Source: Gemmatimonadaceae bacterium
GTDB taxonomy: Bacteria; Gemmatimonadota; Gemmatimonadetes; Gemmatimonadales; Gemmatimonadaceae
Assembly (NCBI GenBank): GCA_014379205.1
Contig: JACMME010000147.1
Span: 1 to 49,051 of the forward strand
Reading direction: 5' to 3'
DNA: 49,051 bases
This document shows positions 18,234-29,600 of this stretch, in pieces. Below the pieces are notes generated by a model that saw nothing but the letters and a program-made list of their open reading frames with translations, did no database searches and was not told where the DNA came from. The first letter of the stretch is position 1. Every line of letters begins with the position of its first letter. Position numbers and translations under genes: made by a program.

Positions 18234-18854
18234 TCATGGGTTCGCGTCACTCTTCAGGTATTTCTCCGGAAGCTTGTTGTCCGGCCGCTCTGCCTCCCAC
18301 ATGATGTTCATTACCCACCAGCGTTTGCCATCGTTTACGAGCTGAATGCTGTTGATGCCTCGCGGCGGAGAGGGGGCCTCAGGCGACTGGAAACGGCCTT
18401 CGTAGGTGCTGAATACATGCGCGATGTTGCCAAATCGCTCGATGCGACGCGCGACCTCTCTCTCTGTGAAGCCGTACTTTTCGAGCAGCTCGCCTGAGCG
18501 CTGGATGTACTCATCGGGTGAAACAATGCGGGGCGCGTAGCCGCCCTCCTGGCGCGGCACGACGGGTATCATCTTGCCGCCGGGCACGAAAAGCGAGCGC
18601 AGTCGGTTCCAGTCTCTCTTATGTCCGACAGGTCCCGAAATGACATCGTAGAGCGCCGCAACAATAGCATCGACCGATGCTACGTCGGCGGGATTTGCGG
18701 GTGGCGGAGTTTGCGCCTGGCCCTGAGGCGCTACGGCGCTAGGGGTGCCCTGGCCACGCGCGGGCGCTGAAGCGATGGGAATGATGACGGCCGTGCTGAG
18801 CAGAGTGACGACCAGCGCTCGAGCACTGCGAATGTGTGTACGAGTTATAAGCAT
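18234..18854 (-). CDS. Secreted hypothetical protein with a possible NTF2-like fold.
   Basis: A signal peptide (LLSTAVIIPIASAPARG) and a P/Q-rich linker precede a 140-aa domain with no recognisable catalytic motifs. Confidence 0.35.
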   Translation of the reverse strand: MLITRTHIRSARALVVTLLSTAVIIPIASAPARGQGTPSAVAPQGQAQTPPPANPADVASVDAIVAALYDVISGPVGHKRDWNRLRSLFVPGGKMIPVVPRQEGGYAPRIVSPDEYIQRSGELLEKYGFTEREVARRIERFGNIAHVFSTYEGRFQSPEAPSPPRGINSIQLVNDGKRWWVMNIMWEAERPDNKLPEKYLKSDANP

Positions 18855-18999
18855 GCCGTACCATGCCTTTAGTTCCGCGGAATCGCAAGCATCTTCCTGT
18901 CAGCGTTGCCTCAATTCGTGCAGCTGCGCATGATACGCGTGCTTCCTGGGGCAGGACATGCAACTGCCTCGTAGCTTCCGTCCTTCCGAGACACCACGA

Positions 19000-20286
19000 A
19001 TGACTGACAGACTCTCCCGCTTGACATTGGTACTCGCGCTGTTTGCGCAACCTGTGACCGCGCAGCAGAACGACGCACGCGTAACGGCCGCAGTGGCTCG
19101 CGTCATTCCCGCCGTAACGGAGATTCGGCACAAGATTCATCAGAATCCGGAGCTCGGCAACCGTGAGACGGAAACCGCCGCTCTTGTCGCCAAGCATCTG
19201 CGCTCGCTCGGGATGGAAGTGCGCACCGGTGTCGCGTATACCGGAGTGGTTGGTGTCCTGAAGGGCGCGCGTCCGGGACCGACTGTGGCGGTGCGCGCGG
19301 ACATGGATGCGCTTCCCGTAACAGAGGATACGCCGCTCCCATTCAAATCAACCAAGCGCACTACATACCTCGGGCAGGAAGTGGGAATCGCGCATGCATG
19401 CGGACACGACATCCACGTTGCGGTGCAGCTGGGTGTCGCGTCGGCTCTAGCGTCGATGAAAGATCAGCTCAGGGGCACCGTCGTCTTCATCTTTCAACCG
19501 GCGGAGGAAGGTCCGCCGCCGGGCGAAAAGGGCGGCGCCAAACTGATGCTCGAGGAAGGCGCGTTCGATTCACCGAAGCCGGGTGCGGTTTTCGGTCTGC
19601 ATGCGTGGGCTGACATGGAGGTGGGCGTCGTGGGAGTGGCTCCCGGACCGATGCTCGCGGCGGCCGAGGGGTTTGACGCTGTGATTCGAGGAAAGCAGGC
19701 ACACGGGGCGCTTCCGCATCTCTCCTCCGACCCGATCGTCATGGCGGCTCATGCGGTGACGATGCTGCAGACGATTCGCTCGCGCAACATGAACTCAATG
19801 GAGCCAGGCGTCGTCACAGTCGGGATTTTTCGCGGTGGCGAGCGTCGCAACATCATTCCAGCGGAAGTGTCGCTGCAAGGGACCGTTCGAACCTTCGACA
19901 TGTCGACCCAGGAAATGGTCGAGCGGCGAATGCATGAAATTCTGAAAGGCGTTACGGAGGCGAATGGCGGCACGTACACATTGAGCTTCGACCGAGCGTA
20001 TCCGTTAACTGCCAACGACAGCGCGCTGTACCGCCGAATGCATCCGACGCTCGTGCGAGCCCTGGGACCCGCAAATGTTGTTCGCTCGTCGCCTACTACA
20101 GCGGGGGAGGACTTCTCGTTTTTCGCTAACAAGGTGCCGGGCTTTTTCTACTTCCTGGGAACGAAGAAGAAGGGTGGCAGCTCGGGCGGGCATCACACTC
20201 CCACATTTCAGGCAGACGACAGCGCGATTGCGGTCGGAGTGAGGGCGATGACAATGCTGCTTGTGGACTATCTGGCGGGAGGGTAG
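19000..20286 (+). CDS. Secreted M20-family amidohydrolase or carboxypeptidase, a paralogue of the gene at 12895-14103.
   Basis: I place the start at the internal ATG, upstream of a signal peptide (LVLALFAQPVTAQQ). The HACGHDIH motif is present and the architecture is the M20D type. Confidence 0.7.
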   Translation: MTDRLSRLTLVLALFAQPVTAQQNDARVTAAVARVIPAVTEIRHKIHQNPELGNRETETAALVAKHLRSLGMEVRTGVAYTGVVGVLKGARPGPTVAVRADMDALPVTEDTPLPFKSTKRTTYLGQEVGIAHACGHDIHVAVQLGVASALASMKDQLRGTVVFIFQPAEEGPPPGEKGGAKLMLEEGAFDSPKPGAVFGLHAWADMEVGVVGVAPGPMLAAAEGFDAVIRGKQAHGALPHLSSDPIVMAAHAVTMLQTIRSRNMNSMEPGVVTVGIFRGGERRNIIPAEVSLQGTVRTFDMSTQEMVERRMHEILKGVTEANGGTYTLSFDRAYPLTANDSALYRRMHPTLVRALGPANVVRSSPTTAGEDFSFFANKVPGFFYFLGTKKKGGSSGGHHTPTFQADDSAIAVGVRAMTMLLVDYLAGG

Positions 20287-20290
20287 AGGG

Positions 20291-20389
20291 AGGATTGCGG
20301 AATAAACTGCGAAGTGCGAACTGCGAAGTGCGAACTGCGAAGTGCGAACTGCGAAGTGCGAACTGCTAGCTGCGGAGTATGTACTGCGG
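20291..20389. repeat. Tandem 14-mer (7+7) array, AACTGCGAAGTGCG repeated four or more times, between convergent genes.
   Basis: The sequence aactgcgaagtgcgaactgcgaagtgcg... begins 5 nt after the M20 stop and ends at the ABC ATPase stop. Confidence 0.65.
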
Positions 20390-20391
20390 GG

Positions 20392-21525
<1,134 letters not shown>

Positions 21526-21530
21526 AGCTA

Positions 21531-22880
21531 ATGACGCTTCTCCGGTTTCCTGATGGTTTTCTCTGGGGCGCAGCAACTTCCGCGTACCAGATAGAAGGCT
21601 CCCCTCTCGCCGACGGGGCTGGCGCGAGCAATTGGCATCGCTTCGCGCACACTCCGGGGCGAGTGCACGAGAACCAAAACGGCGACCTCGCCTGCGATCA
21701 TTATCGTCGCTGGGAGGAAGACGTCCTCCTCATGCGCGACCTGGGTCTCACTGCGTATCGTTTCAGCATTTCCTGGAGTCGCATCTTGCCGCTTGGGAGG
21801 GGCGCCGTCAACCCGAAGGGGCTCGACTTCTACACGCGATTGGTTGACCGGCTGCTCGAAGCGGGTATTGCGCCGAACGTCACCCTGTTTCACTGGGATC
21901 TGCCCGCGGCACTCGACGATGTCGGCGGCTGGCTGAATCGCGACATCGCAGGCTGGTTCGCCGATTATGCCACGGTGATGTTTCGCGCGCTGGGCGACCG
22001 CGTCCCGATGTGGGCGACCCTCAACGAGCCGTGGGTGGTTACTGACGGTGGTTACCTGAACGGCCTGGTCGCCCCCGGACACCGCAATCTGTTCGAGGCG
22101 CCCATAGCGGCGCACAACCTTCTGCGCGCGCACGCGATCGCGGTGCGGGCGTATCGCGCGGAGGCCAAGCAACGCATCGGACTGGCAGTAAATCTCGAGC
22201 CCAAGTATCCGGCGTCGCAGGAAGCTGAAGATCTCGCCGCGACGGCACGTGCTGACGCGTATATGAACCGGCAGTTCCTGGATCCTGTTTTCCTGGGATG
22301 TTATCCCGATGAGCTGCGTGAGATCTTTGGAGAGGCGTGGACAGAGTGGCCAGCCGAAGACATGCGGCTCATTCAGGAGCCTATCGATTTCGTCGGAATC
22401 AACTACTACTCTCGAAACGTGAGCAGGCATGATGCAAGCGCTCTGCCCGTGAGGGCGGCCCGCGTGCGGCAGGATGGTCAACTGCACACCGAGATGGATT
22501 GGGAGGTATTCGCTCAGGGACTCACCGACGTGCTCCTCCAGGTGAAGGAGCGCTACGGCGACATTCCACTTTATGTTACCGAGAATGGAGCCGCTTTTTC
22601 CGACCCACCGGTGGCGGACGGTCCGACGCTGGATGACCCGCTCCGCGTCGCGTACTACCGGGATCATCTGCGCGCTGTATACCAGGCCATCGAGAAGGGC
22701 GTGAACCTGCGCGGATATTTCGCATGGTCGCTTCTGGACAACTTCGAGTGGAACGCTGGTTACGCGAAGCGTTTCGGCATAATGCACGTCGACTTTGCGA
22801 CTCAGCGCCGCACACCCAAAGCCAGCGCGCGGTTCTACGCTGACGTCATCAGGACGCATGGGGGAGCATTGAGAGAATAG
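21531..22880 (+). CDS. GH1 beta-glucosidase.
   Basis: The N-terminal FPDGFLWGAATSAYQIEG is the GH1 signature. The acid/base motif TLNEP and the nucleophile motif YVTENG are both present. Confidence 0.85.
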   Translation: MTLLRFPDGFLWGAATSAYQIEGSPLADGAGASNWHRFAHTPGRVHENQNGDLACDHYRRWEEDVLLMRDLGLTAYRFSISWSRILPLGRGAVNPKGLDFYTRLVDRLLEAGIAPNVTLFHWDLPAALDDVGGWLNRDIAGWFADYATVMFRALGDRVPMWATLNEPWVVTDGGYLNGLVAPGHRNLFEAPIAAHNLLRAHAIAVRAYRAEAKQRIGLAVNLEPKYPASQEAEDLAATARADAYMNRQFLDPVFLGCYPDELREIFGEAWTEWPAEDMRLIQEPIDFVGINYYSRNVSRHDASALPVRAARVRQDGQLHTEMDWEVFAQGLTDVLLQVKERYGDIPLYVTENGAAFSDPPVADGPTLDDPLRVAYYRDHLRAVYQAIEKGVNLRGYFAWSLLDNFEWNAGYAKRFGIMHVDFATQRRTPKASARFYADVIRTHGGALRE

Positions 22881-22910
22881 ATTGCGGATTGCGGATTGCG
22901 GATTGCGGAT
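22880..22910. repeat. Tandem heptamer array, GATTGCG x4.
   Basis: The sequence agattgcggattgcggattgcggattgcggatc lies immediately after the GH1 stop, between convergent genes. Confidence 0.65.
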
Positions 22911-22959
22911 CAAGGCCGTGCTGAGGCGCTGAACCTTCGTGTCAACTCCTGCTCTCCTT

Positions 22960-25900
22960 TCATCTCGCCTCGTACCGTGGTCCCGCATCTGATCCCCAGG
23001 TCAGTTCCAAACGATGCAGGCGGCCGTCGTGTTGGATTGGTATTTCGAAGGCATTGGTTTGTGTGGGAGCGATCAGGTCACCATCGAATCTTGCCTCGGC
23101 CGGAGTGCCGTTGCGGCGCGTCACAACAATCTCGTACGTCGTCTCTTCGGCAGGCATGCGCCAACGGATTGTAAATTCAGGCCATGAGTCTGGAATGCAT
23201 GGCCGAACTACGATCGACGTTCCTCGCAAGACGCGGAATCCCAGAATAGACTCCAGCGCAACGCGGTACATCCACCCAGCCGAGCCTGTATACCACGTCC
23301 AGCCGCCACGTCCGACGTGCGGCGCGACACCATAGACATCCGCGGCGATTACATATGGCTCCACCTGATAGGCGGCAATATCCTCCGGTGTTCCGGCGTG
23401 GCTCACGGGACTGAGCATTTCCAGAAGCCTGGCGGCGCGCTCGTTGCGCCCGAATTCAGCAAGCGCGCGGACAGCCCATAGCGCTCCGTGCGTATACTGT
23501 CCTCCGTTCTCGCGCACCCCGGGAAGGTAGCCCTTGATGTATCCGGGATCGTGCGGCGTCTTGTCGAAGGCGGGGGTGAGCAGCCGGATCAGTCCTTCGC
23601 GTTCGGAAACCAGGTGCTCCTCCATGGCATCGAGTGCCATTTTCGCGCGACTTTCTGGTGCGGCGCCGGATATCACCGACCAGGCCTGTGCAATCACATC
23701 AATGCGACACTCATCGTTCTGTGCCGAGCCGAGTGGTGCTCCGTTGTCGTAGTATGCGCGGCGATACCAGGCGCCATCCCAACCGCCGGCATTCAGTGCG
23801 ACGCCAAGTCGTTCTTTATACTGCTGGTAGCGGGCGACCCGGCTCGCATCTTTCCGTGCGTCACAGATCGATATGAAGTCAGTGAGGATCCCGTACAGGA
23901 AGAAACCAAGCCATACGCTCTCTCCCAGGCCTTCTCGGCCGACTCGGTTCATACCGTCGTTCCAGTCGCCGGTGCCCATCAGGGGAAGCCCGTGAGCGCC
24001 AGCTGTCAGCGAGCGGTCGATGGCCAGGCAGCAGTGTTCGTACACGCTAGCACTTTCGCCCGAAACTTCGGGAAGCAGGAAGACCTCGTCTTCGCCGGGC
24101 TCGAGATGGTCCGCGGTGACAAAGCGGGCGTCTTCGTCCAACACCGACTCGTCACCAGTCGTTTGCAGGTAAAACGAGGTGATGTACGGAAGCCAGAGCA
24201 GGTCGTCGGAAAAGCGGGTTCTGATTCCCTTGGATGTGGGGGGGTGCCACCAGTGCAGCACGTCTCCTTCCACGAATTGGTGTGCGGCATGTATGAGGAT
24301 TTGACGGCGCGTGACTGCGGGGTCGAGATAGATGAGAGCAGCGGCATCCTGTAGCTGGTCTCGAAATCCATAGGCGCCCCCACTCTGATAAAACGCTGAA
24401 CGTCCCCACATCCGGCAACTCAAATTCTGGTAGGCGAGCCAGCCGTTGACCATGAGATCGATCGCGGGTGAAGGCGTTTCGATCCGGATACGAGATAGAG
24501 TTTCTCGCCAGAAGGCGCGCGCCTCTTCCAGCGCTTGAGTGATTACCGCATGGCTGTGATATCGCTTGAGCAGAGTGCGCGCCGCGTCAGCACTCTCAGC
24601 TTCGCCGAGGACGACTGCACACTCGACAGTCTCGCCTGCCGGAATCTCGAGAGAGATCCGGAATGCGGCGCACGGATCGAGGCCCGCTCCGGTTCGGCCA
24701 TCGAGCGGAAGATCGGAGCGGAGCGCGGCCGGATTACCAGTTGTTCCTGCGCGGCCTATAAAGGCGGTGCGATCTCCCGTGAATTGCACGGGACTTTCCG
24801 GCGAGGGTTGTACGATGCCGGCGAACGCGACACGCCCTGCGAACTCTTTGCGCTCGCGGTTGACGGCCAGAATGGCTCCAGTCTCGCCGTCATGCTTCGT
24901 GACGACAGAAGCGGCGCTTTCGTGGGGCAGCACTCCGAGTACCCATTGCGCATATGAAAAAATCGATAACCGACGAAGACGGTCGCTGCGGTTCGTAATG
25001 CGCAGTGTTGTAATTTTTAGTGAATCGAAGCGTGGAACGAACTGGCTGACGTCCTGCTCCAGTGAGTCGCACACGTTGCGATAGCGCGTGTAGCCGAATC
25101 CGTGACGAACCTCATACGACGTGTTTCCAGGAACGGGACCGGGTGTGGGCGACCAGAAGAATCCTGAATCCTCATCACGGATGTAGAGTGCTTCGCCGAA
25201 CGGATCGGAGACGGGGTCGTTCGACCATGGTGTGAGACGGTTCTCGCGGCTGTTTACGCTCCAGGTGTAACCGGCGCCGCGGTCAGTCGCTATGAAGCCC
25301 AGCTGTTCGTTTGCGACGACATTGACCCACGGGAGCGGCGGTGAACGCAGACCCGTGTCGCCCCATTCGACGCGGATTACGTACTCACTACCATCTTCCG
25401 TGAACCCACCGATGCCATTGAAAAGGCGGAGTGGTTCTTCGGAGCTGGACGGCGAAACAGGCGCGGAAGTCCGGGGACGCGTGGAAACAGGGACGTACGC
25501 GCGGGAGTGATGCTGGGAGGTTTCGGGAGTGGGTTTAAATTCGGCGACAAGGGGGGGGGCCCCACGCGATGCCTGGATTGCGACGGTGTCAAATGGATGC
25601 CGAGTTGGAGCTCCATCGCTTCCTTCGATTGCGTCCGAAGCGCCCTCCGCACCAGGATCCTGAATCGAGCCGGCTATCGCATCCGCTTCCGGGTTCTTCT
25701 TGTCTGAGTCGCCATCTTCCACCGCATTTGTCCGCCTCTCGTCTTCCGCCCGCGACTGGGCCTCTGCGCGCTGAAATATCCAGTCCACTGCCCTGGACTC
25801 GAGTGAACGAGAAGCTACTGCGTGTACATCCTCACGAGTCTGCCAGACGCCCAGCATCGATACGACGCGCGCACTTTCTCCAGGCGCGAGCTCCAACACG

Positions 25901-26622
25901 CGGCGCAAGCTTACGATTGGGTCGAGAACATTGCCCACTGTGCCGGAGAGCGGACCGGCGTCGCACATCGCCAGCGGATCGGCGGACGTACGCCACCTTC
26001 CGATAAAGCGTGCTCGATCGGTTTCGCGTTGCACCTCGTGGCCGCTATCCCCATCGTCGCTCTGGAGGATATGCACCAACCAGAGGGGCTTGTCTTCCGG
26101 ACTGCGAAGGCGCCGCTCCGCAAACAGAGCCTGATGTTCTGCGCTGAACTCGGTTTGCACAAAGAGCTTGGAGAAGGCGGGATGACCAGCGTCTCCGGTA
26201 GGTGTATTGAGCACCACCTCCGCGTAGGAAGTGAGTTCTATCCGGCGCGTGCGCTGACCATGGTTCGTGAGCGTTGCACGCCTCAGCTCCATGTTCTCTT
26301 CGGGGGAGACGCAGATTTCCGTGATGGCTTCGATACCATCGTCTTCGCGAGCGATCGTAACGCGCCCCGGAGACCAGAGGACGTCGTATCTGGAAGGTGA
26401 ACCCGGAACGGGCTCGAGTGTTGTCGACCAGTATGTGCCGCTGTCCAGGTCGCGAAGATATAGCCAGAACCCGTCAGTCTCTCTGGTTCGGTCCGGGCTC
26501 CAGCGCGTCAACGCGTAGCCATCGAAAATCGAATAGCCGGCGCCGGTGCCCATGACGCGCACGGTATAGCGTCCGTTGGATAGTATTTGCGACTGGGATG
26601 CAATCGATGCCAATGGCCGCAC
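22960..26622 (-). CDS. GH94-family glycoside phosphorylase (cellobiose/sophoro-oligosaccharide phosphorylase-like) with a duplicated N-terminal beta-sandwich domain. The start is uncertain.
   Basis: The C-terminal (alpha/alpha)6 catalytic region matches GH94 (NGWLAYQ, YQSGGAYGFRDQLQD, GTGDWNDGMN, GGWTWYTGSAGWMY). Two cellobiose-phosphorylase-type N-terminal domains are present (EYVIRV...PWVNVVAN and YTVRVMGTGAGYS). The first 150 codons of the longest ORF are R-rich and overlap the upstream gene. I chose GTG at about 26622 because it is preceded by gagggag. Confidence 0.65.
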   Translation of the reverse strand: MRPLASIASQSQILSNGRYTVRVMGTGAGYSIFDGYALTRWSPDRTRETDGFWLYLRDLDSGTYWSTTLEPVPGSPSRYDVLWSPGRVTIAREDDGIEAITEICVSPEENMELRRATLTNHGQRTRRIELTSYAEVVLNTPTGDAGHPAFSKLFVQTEFSAEHQALFAERRLRSPEDKPLWLVHILQSDDGDSGHEVQRETDRARFIGRWRTSADPLAMCDAGPLSGTVGNVLDPIVSLRRVLELAPGESARVVSMLGVWQTREDVHAVASRSLESRAVDWIFQRAEAQSRAEDERRTNAVEDGDSDKKNPEADAIAGSIQDPGAEGASDAIEGSDGAPTRHPFDTVAIQASRGAPPLVAEFKPTPETSQHHSRAYVPVSTRPRTSAPVSPSSSEEPLRLFNGIGGFTEDGSEYVIRVEWGDTGLRSPPLPWVNVVANEQLGFIATDRGAGYTWSVNSRENRLTPWSNDPVSDPFGEALYIRDEDSGFFWSPTPGPVPGNTSYEVRHGFGYTRYRNVCDSLEQDVSQFVPRFDSLKITTLRITNRSDRLRRLSIFSYAQWVLGVLPHESAASVVTKHDGETGAILAVNRERKEFAGRVAFAGIVQPSPESPVQFTGDRTAFIGRAGTTGNPAALRSDLPLDGRTGAGLDPCAAFRISLEIPAGETVECAVVLGEAESADAARTLLKRYHSHAVITQALEEARAFWRETLSRIRIETPSPAIDLMVNGWLAYQNLSCRMWGRSAFYQSGGAYGFRDQLQDAAALIYLDPAVTRRQILIHAAHQFVEGDVLHWWHPPTSKGIRTRFSDDLLWLPYITSFYLQTTGDESVLDEDARFVTADHLEPGEDEVFLLPEVSGESASVYEHCCLAIDRSLTAGAHGLPLMGTGDWNDGMNRVGREGLGESVWLGFFLYGILTDFISICDARKDASRVARYQQYKERLGVALNAGGWDGAWYRRAYYDNGAPLGSAQNDECRIDVIAQAWSVISGAAPESRAKMALDAMEEHLVSEREGLIRLLTPAFDKTPHDPGYIKGYLPGVRENGGQYTHGALWAVRALAEFGRNERAARLLEMLSPVSHAGTPEDIAAYQVEPYVIAADVYGVAPHVGRGGWTWYTGSAGWMYRVALESILGFRVLRGTSIVVRPCIPDSWPEFTIRWRMPAEETTYEIVVTRRNGTPAEARFDGDLIAPTQTNAFEIPIQHDGRLHRLELTWGSDAGPRYEAR

Positions 26623-26639
26623 TAACTCCCTCTCGCCGC

Positions 26640-29600
26640 TCACTGTGGGCGATAGCTGAAAATGACTTCGGCTGGGAGTTGCTTGACAATGACCTCTCCA
26701 TTGCCAACGGGTGTCGCGCGACGGCCACCGATGGTCACTTCGGTCGCGCGCTCGTCCAATGGAGCACTTACGACGATTCCCCCCCGCGGGATGCGCATTG
26801 ATCCGCCAATGTTCACCCGTACATCGCGACCCATGCGCTGGATAGTCACATCGACCGATCCGTAATGCGTACGCAGCCCTTGGATGGCCACACCGGGATT
26901 TTCGTTTACCCAGGCCGGACGTATTCCCGCGCCGACGACGAGCGACGAGTCGCTCTCTCGCTCGAAGGCGAACATGTCCAGCACCGATCGAATGAAATCG
27001 GAGCCGACCCACGTATGCGGCATATCTCCTATGAACTTCGGAGTCTTCGGATCGCGCCAGACTACCTCCGCCCAATGATTCCACTCGGCGGGACGCCGAT
27101 CGCCGAAAAAGAAGTCAAGCATGTAGTGCGCTCGCTTCCGGTCGCCGAGTCGGACGAATGTGCCGACGGTTCGCCACTCATACGGCGTGTACCCATCCCA
27201 CTCCTTCTTTCCATCCCGACGTGCGACCGCCTCCTCGTAGTACCGGTCGAAGGTGCGCTGGAGAGCGTTGCGTGGAAGAGTGTGGAGCTCCTCGGCGGGA
27301 GAGACACCTACTGTTGTGGAGGTCGCGTCAAAATCACCCAGCTCCACGGAGCCGGGCAGATAGTCAATGCGGTGCCATGCCATTGCCAGACGAAAGGAGC
27401 TTAACAAGTCCACGCGAAACTCATCTCGCATGCTGGCGTAACTTTTCGCGCGCGACGAATCTCCGAGAACGACAGCCAGCATTGCCGCATCCTTGAGCCC
27501 CTTGAGAGCGAAGAAGTCGTCCCAGTAGGAATGCATTGGCTTGGCCGAGTAGCCTTCGTGGCTTATCGATTCGGGCAGCATGCCGTAGAAGGCGCGGAGC
27601 GAATCTGTACCGCGGTACACGGGAGTCATCCGCAGATGACGCAAGGAGTCCATGTAGGTGACCGCGTACGTCACGTGCGGCCACATCCGACGCGCGAAGG
27701 CTGTGTCATTTGTGAAGCGCCAGTATTCGGCGATCGCGAATATGAGTTGGCCGTGGCTGTCGTTTTCGGGCACCGCATCCGCGCCGCGCGAGTCCACGCA
27801 GCAGGGTACCTTGCCGCTTGGAAACTGAAACGGAGCAAACCATTCGATGAATTCGCGCACTTCGCGCTCATGTCCGAGGCGGAGGAGAGCGGCTGATGTC
27901 AGGGAGCCATCGCGTATCCAGGAGCGATCGTAGGAGCGGGAGCCCGGCTGAATGGATGGACCATCGCGATTGATGAGGATGTACGCGAGGTTGCTTCGCA
28001 GTGTGCTGACGATGCGTTCAGCCGATGGCGGGAGCTTTAGGCGAACGCGGTCCAGGCGCTCCGACCAGGCGCTCGTGGCTGTTGCCAGGCGTTCTTCACC
28101 CAAATCGCTCGATGCATTTGAAGCGAGGAGCGACCGATTCGCTGGAGTCGAGGCATGAAACGGTACGGCAATCCAGAAATCGCGTGACGCACCGGGCGCC
28201 AGATCGACAGCGTAGGACAGAGCGGCTGAGGCATAGCCCGTGTGGTCGCGAAGCGAGGTCGAGGCTGGCAGAGAGCCGCGTCGCAGGTACTCAGTGATGT
28301 CGCCGTGATCGAACGCTGCGGCCCCAAAACCTGCCGGTTTGCTAATCGATGCAACCAGCTTGCTTCCGTTGACTTCGACTACGCCAGCCGCGTAAGAGAT
28401 TTCGCGGATGTGAGTCACTCCTCCCTGGGTGTTGAGAAATTGCCAGCTAGGATTTACCTGGAAGGGCCGGAGAGCGAGATACAGGGTAGCTCGCCGCGGT
28501 GAAGCGCTCGTGTTAGCCACTCGGTAGCGTGCCCACAGGGATGCGGAAGCGATGCCGGTATCACTTTCGGCGAGAGGCCCCGCGCCAGCGAAGGCGGTTA
28601 CGGTAAGCGCGAATGGACCTCCTTCCCACCGTACAGACGGTATCGGCAGGTCGCCACGTTCCAGACTCTGCGCGAGGCGCGCGTCGTTCCACGTGACAAG
28701 CGTATCATCGACAAGAAGAAAAGGCTCAATCGAGAACGAGCCCTTGTCTATCTCGATTGCTCCTTCCTCGTTTACGAGTGCTTCCCTGGTGTCTCCGGTG
28801 GCACCCACGACAGTCCAGTACGACTGCTCCCCGTTGAGGTACTTCGGATAGGTGCCTCGCGGCGCCTGCTTTGCCAGGTGTTCGAAGAATGCATTCGGCG
28901 ACGCCGACCACGCGACCGGCTTGACATTGATGTCGCGAATCGCGTATCCCCGGCGGTCGTTGCCACTCACAAGCTCAAGGCGCAGATAACGGGTTTCAAG
29001 CTCGGGAAGGGCAATGAAATCGGTGCTTCCGTCACCGCCTTTTACTGAATACAGCGTCTCCCAGCGCGCGCCGTCCGCCGATTGCTGCACATCGTAGCGC
29101 GTCGCGTGGCGATTGTTCTGCCAGTCTACCTCGAATCCTCCCAGCTCGCGCACACTTCCAAAGTCGATTGTGAAGTGCTGCCGTCCGCCAGCAGCGCTGC
29201 GCCATGTCGTGCCGGTGTCGCCATCGATCGCATGGGCGGCTCTGTTCCCGGGCGCTACGGACGAGCTGCGTGCGATGGGGGTGCCCGAGTAGGTAGTAAC
29301 CGGATCGCGAGCCGTGAAAGTAAAATCGTCCACCCAGACAGAACCCTTGCCACCGGTTCCTGCCGTGATAACGATCTCGACCGCGCCGACGCGGCTCATT
29401 TCCCCGCCTCCAACAGGTCCCCACGCGAACGTGATGTGCCGCTTCTTGGTGACCAGACGTGTCCAGTCGCGTGGAAACTCGTAGGCGCGGCGGTTCAGCC
29501 ACCAAACATTGTCGCCACTCGGATCGACGAGCTTGAACTCGAGATCGTTCGTAGACGCATTGGCCTTGAGCCGGAAGCTGAACTCGTAGTTGGCCGGCAG

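Noticed and set aside
20291-20389. Possibility that the regular 14-mer array is a CRISPR array.
   Set aside because: The units are only 7-14 bp with no unique spacers, no leader and no cas genes, so it is a simple tandem repeat.
26623-27084. N-terminal 150 aa of the longest GH94 ORF (MESLGGGSLARSEDSEVHRR...).
   Set aside because: It overlaps the 3' end of the upstream GH gene in another frame. Its composition is Arg-rich and non-protein-like, and a better start with an SD exists near 26622.
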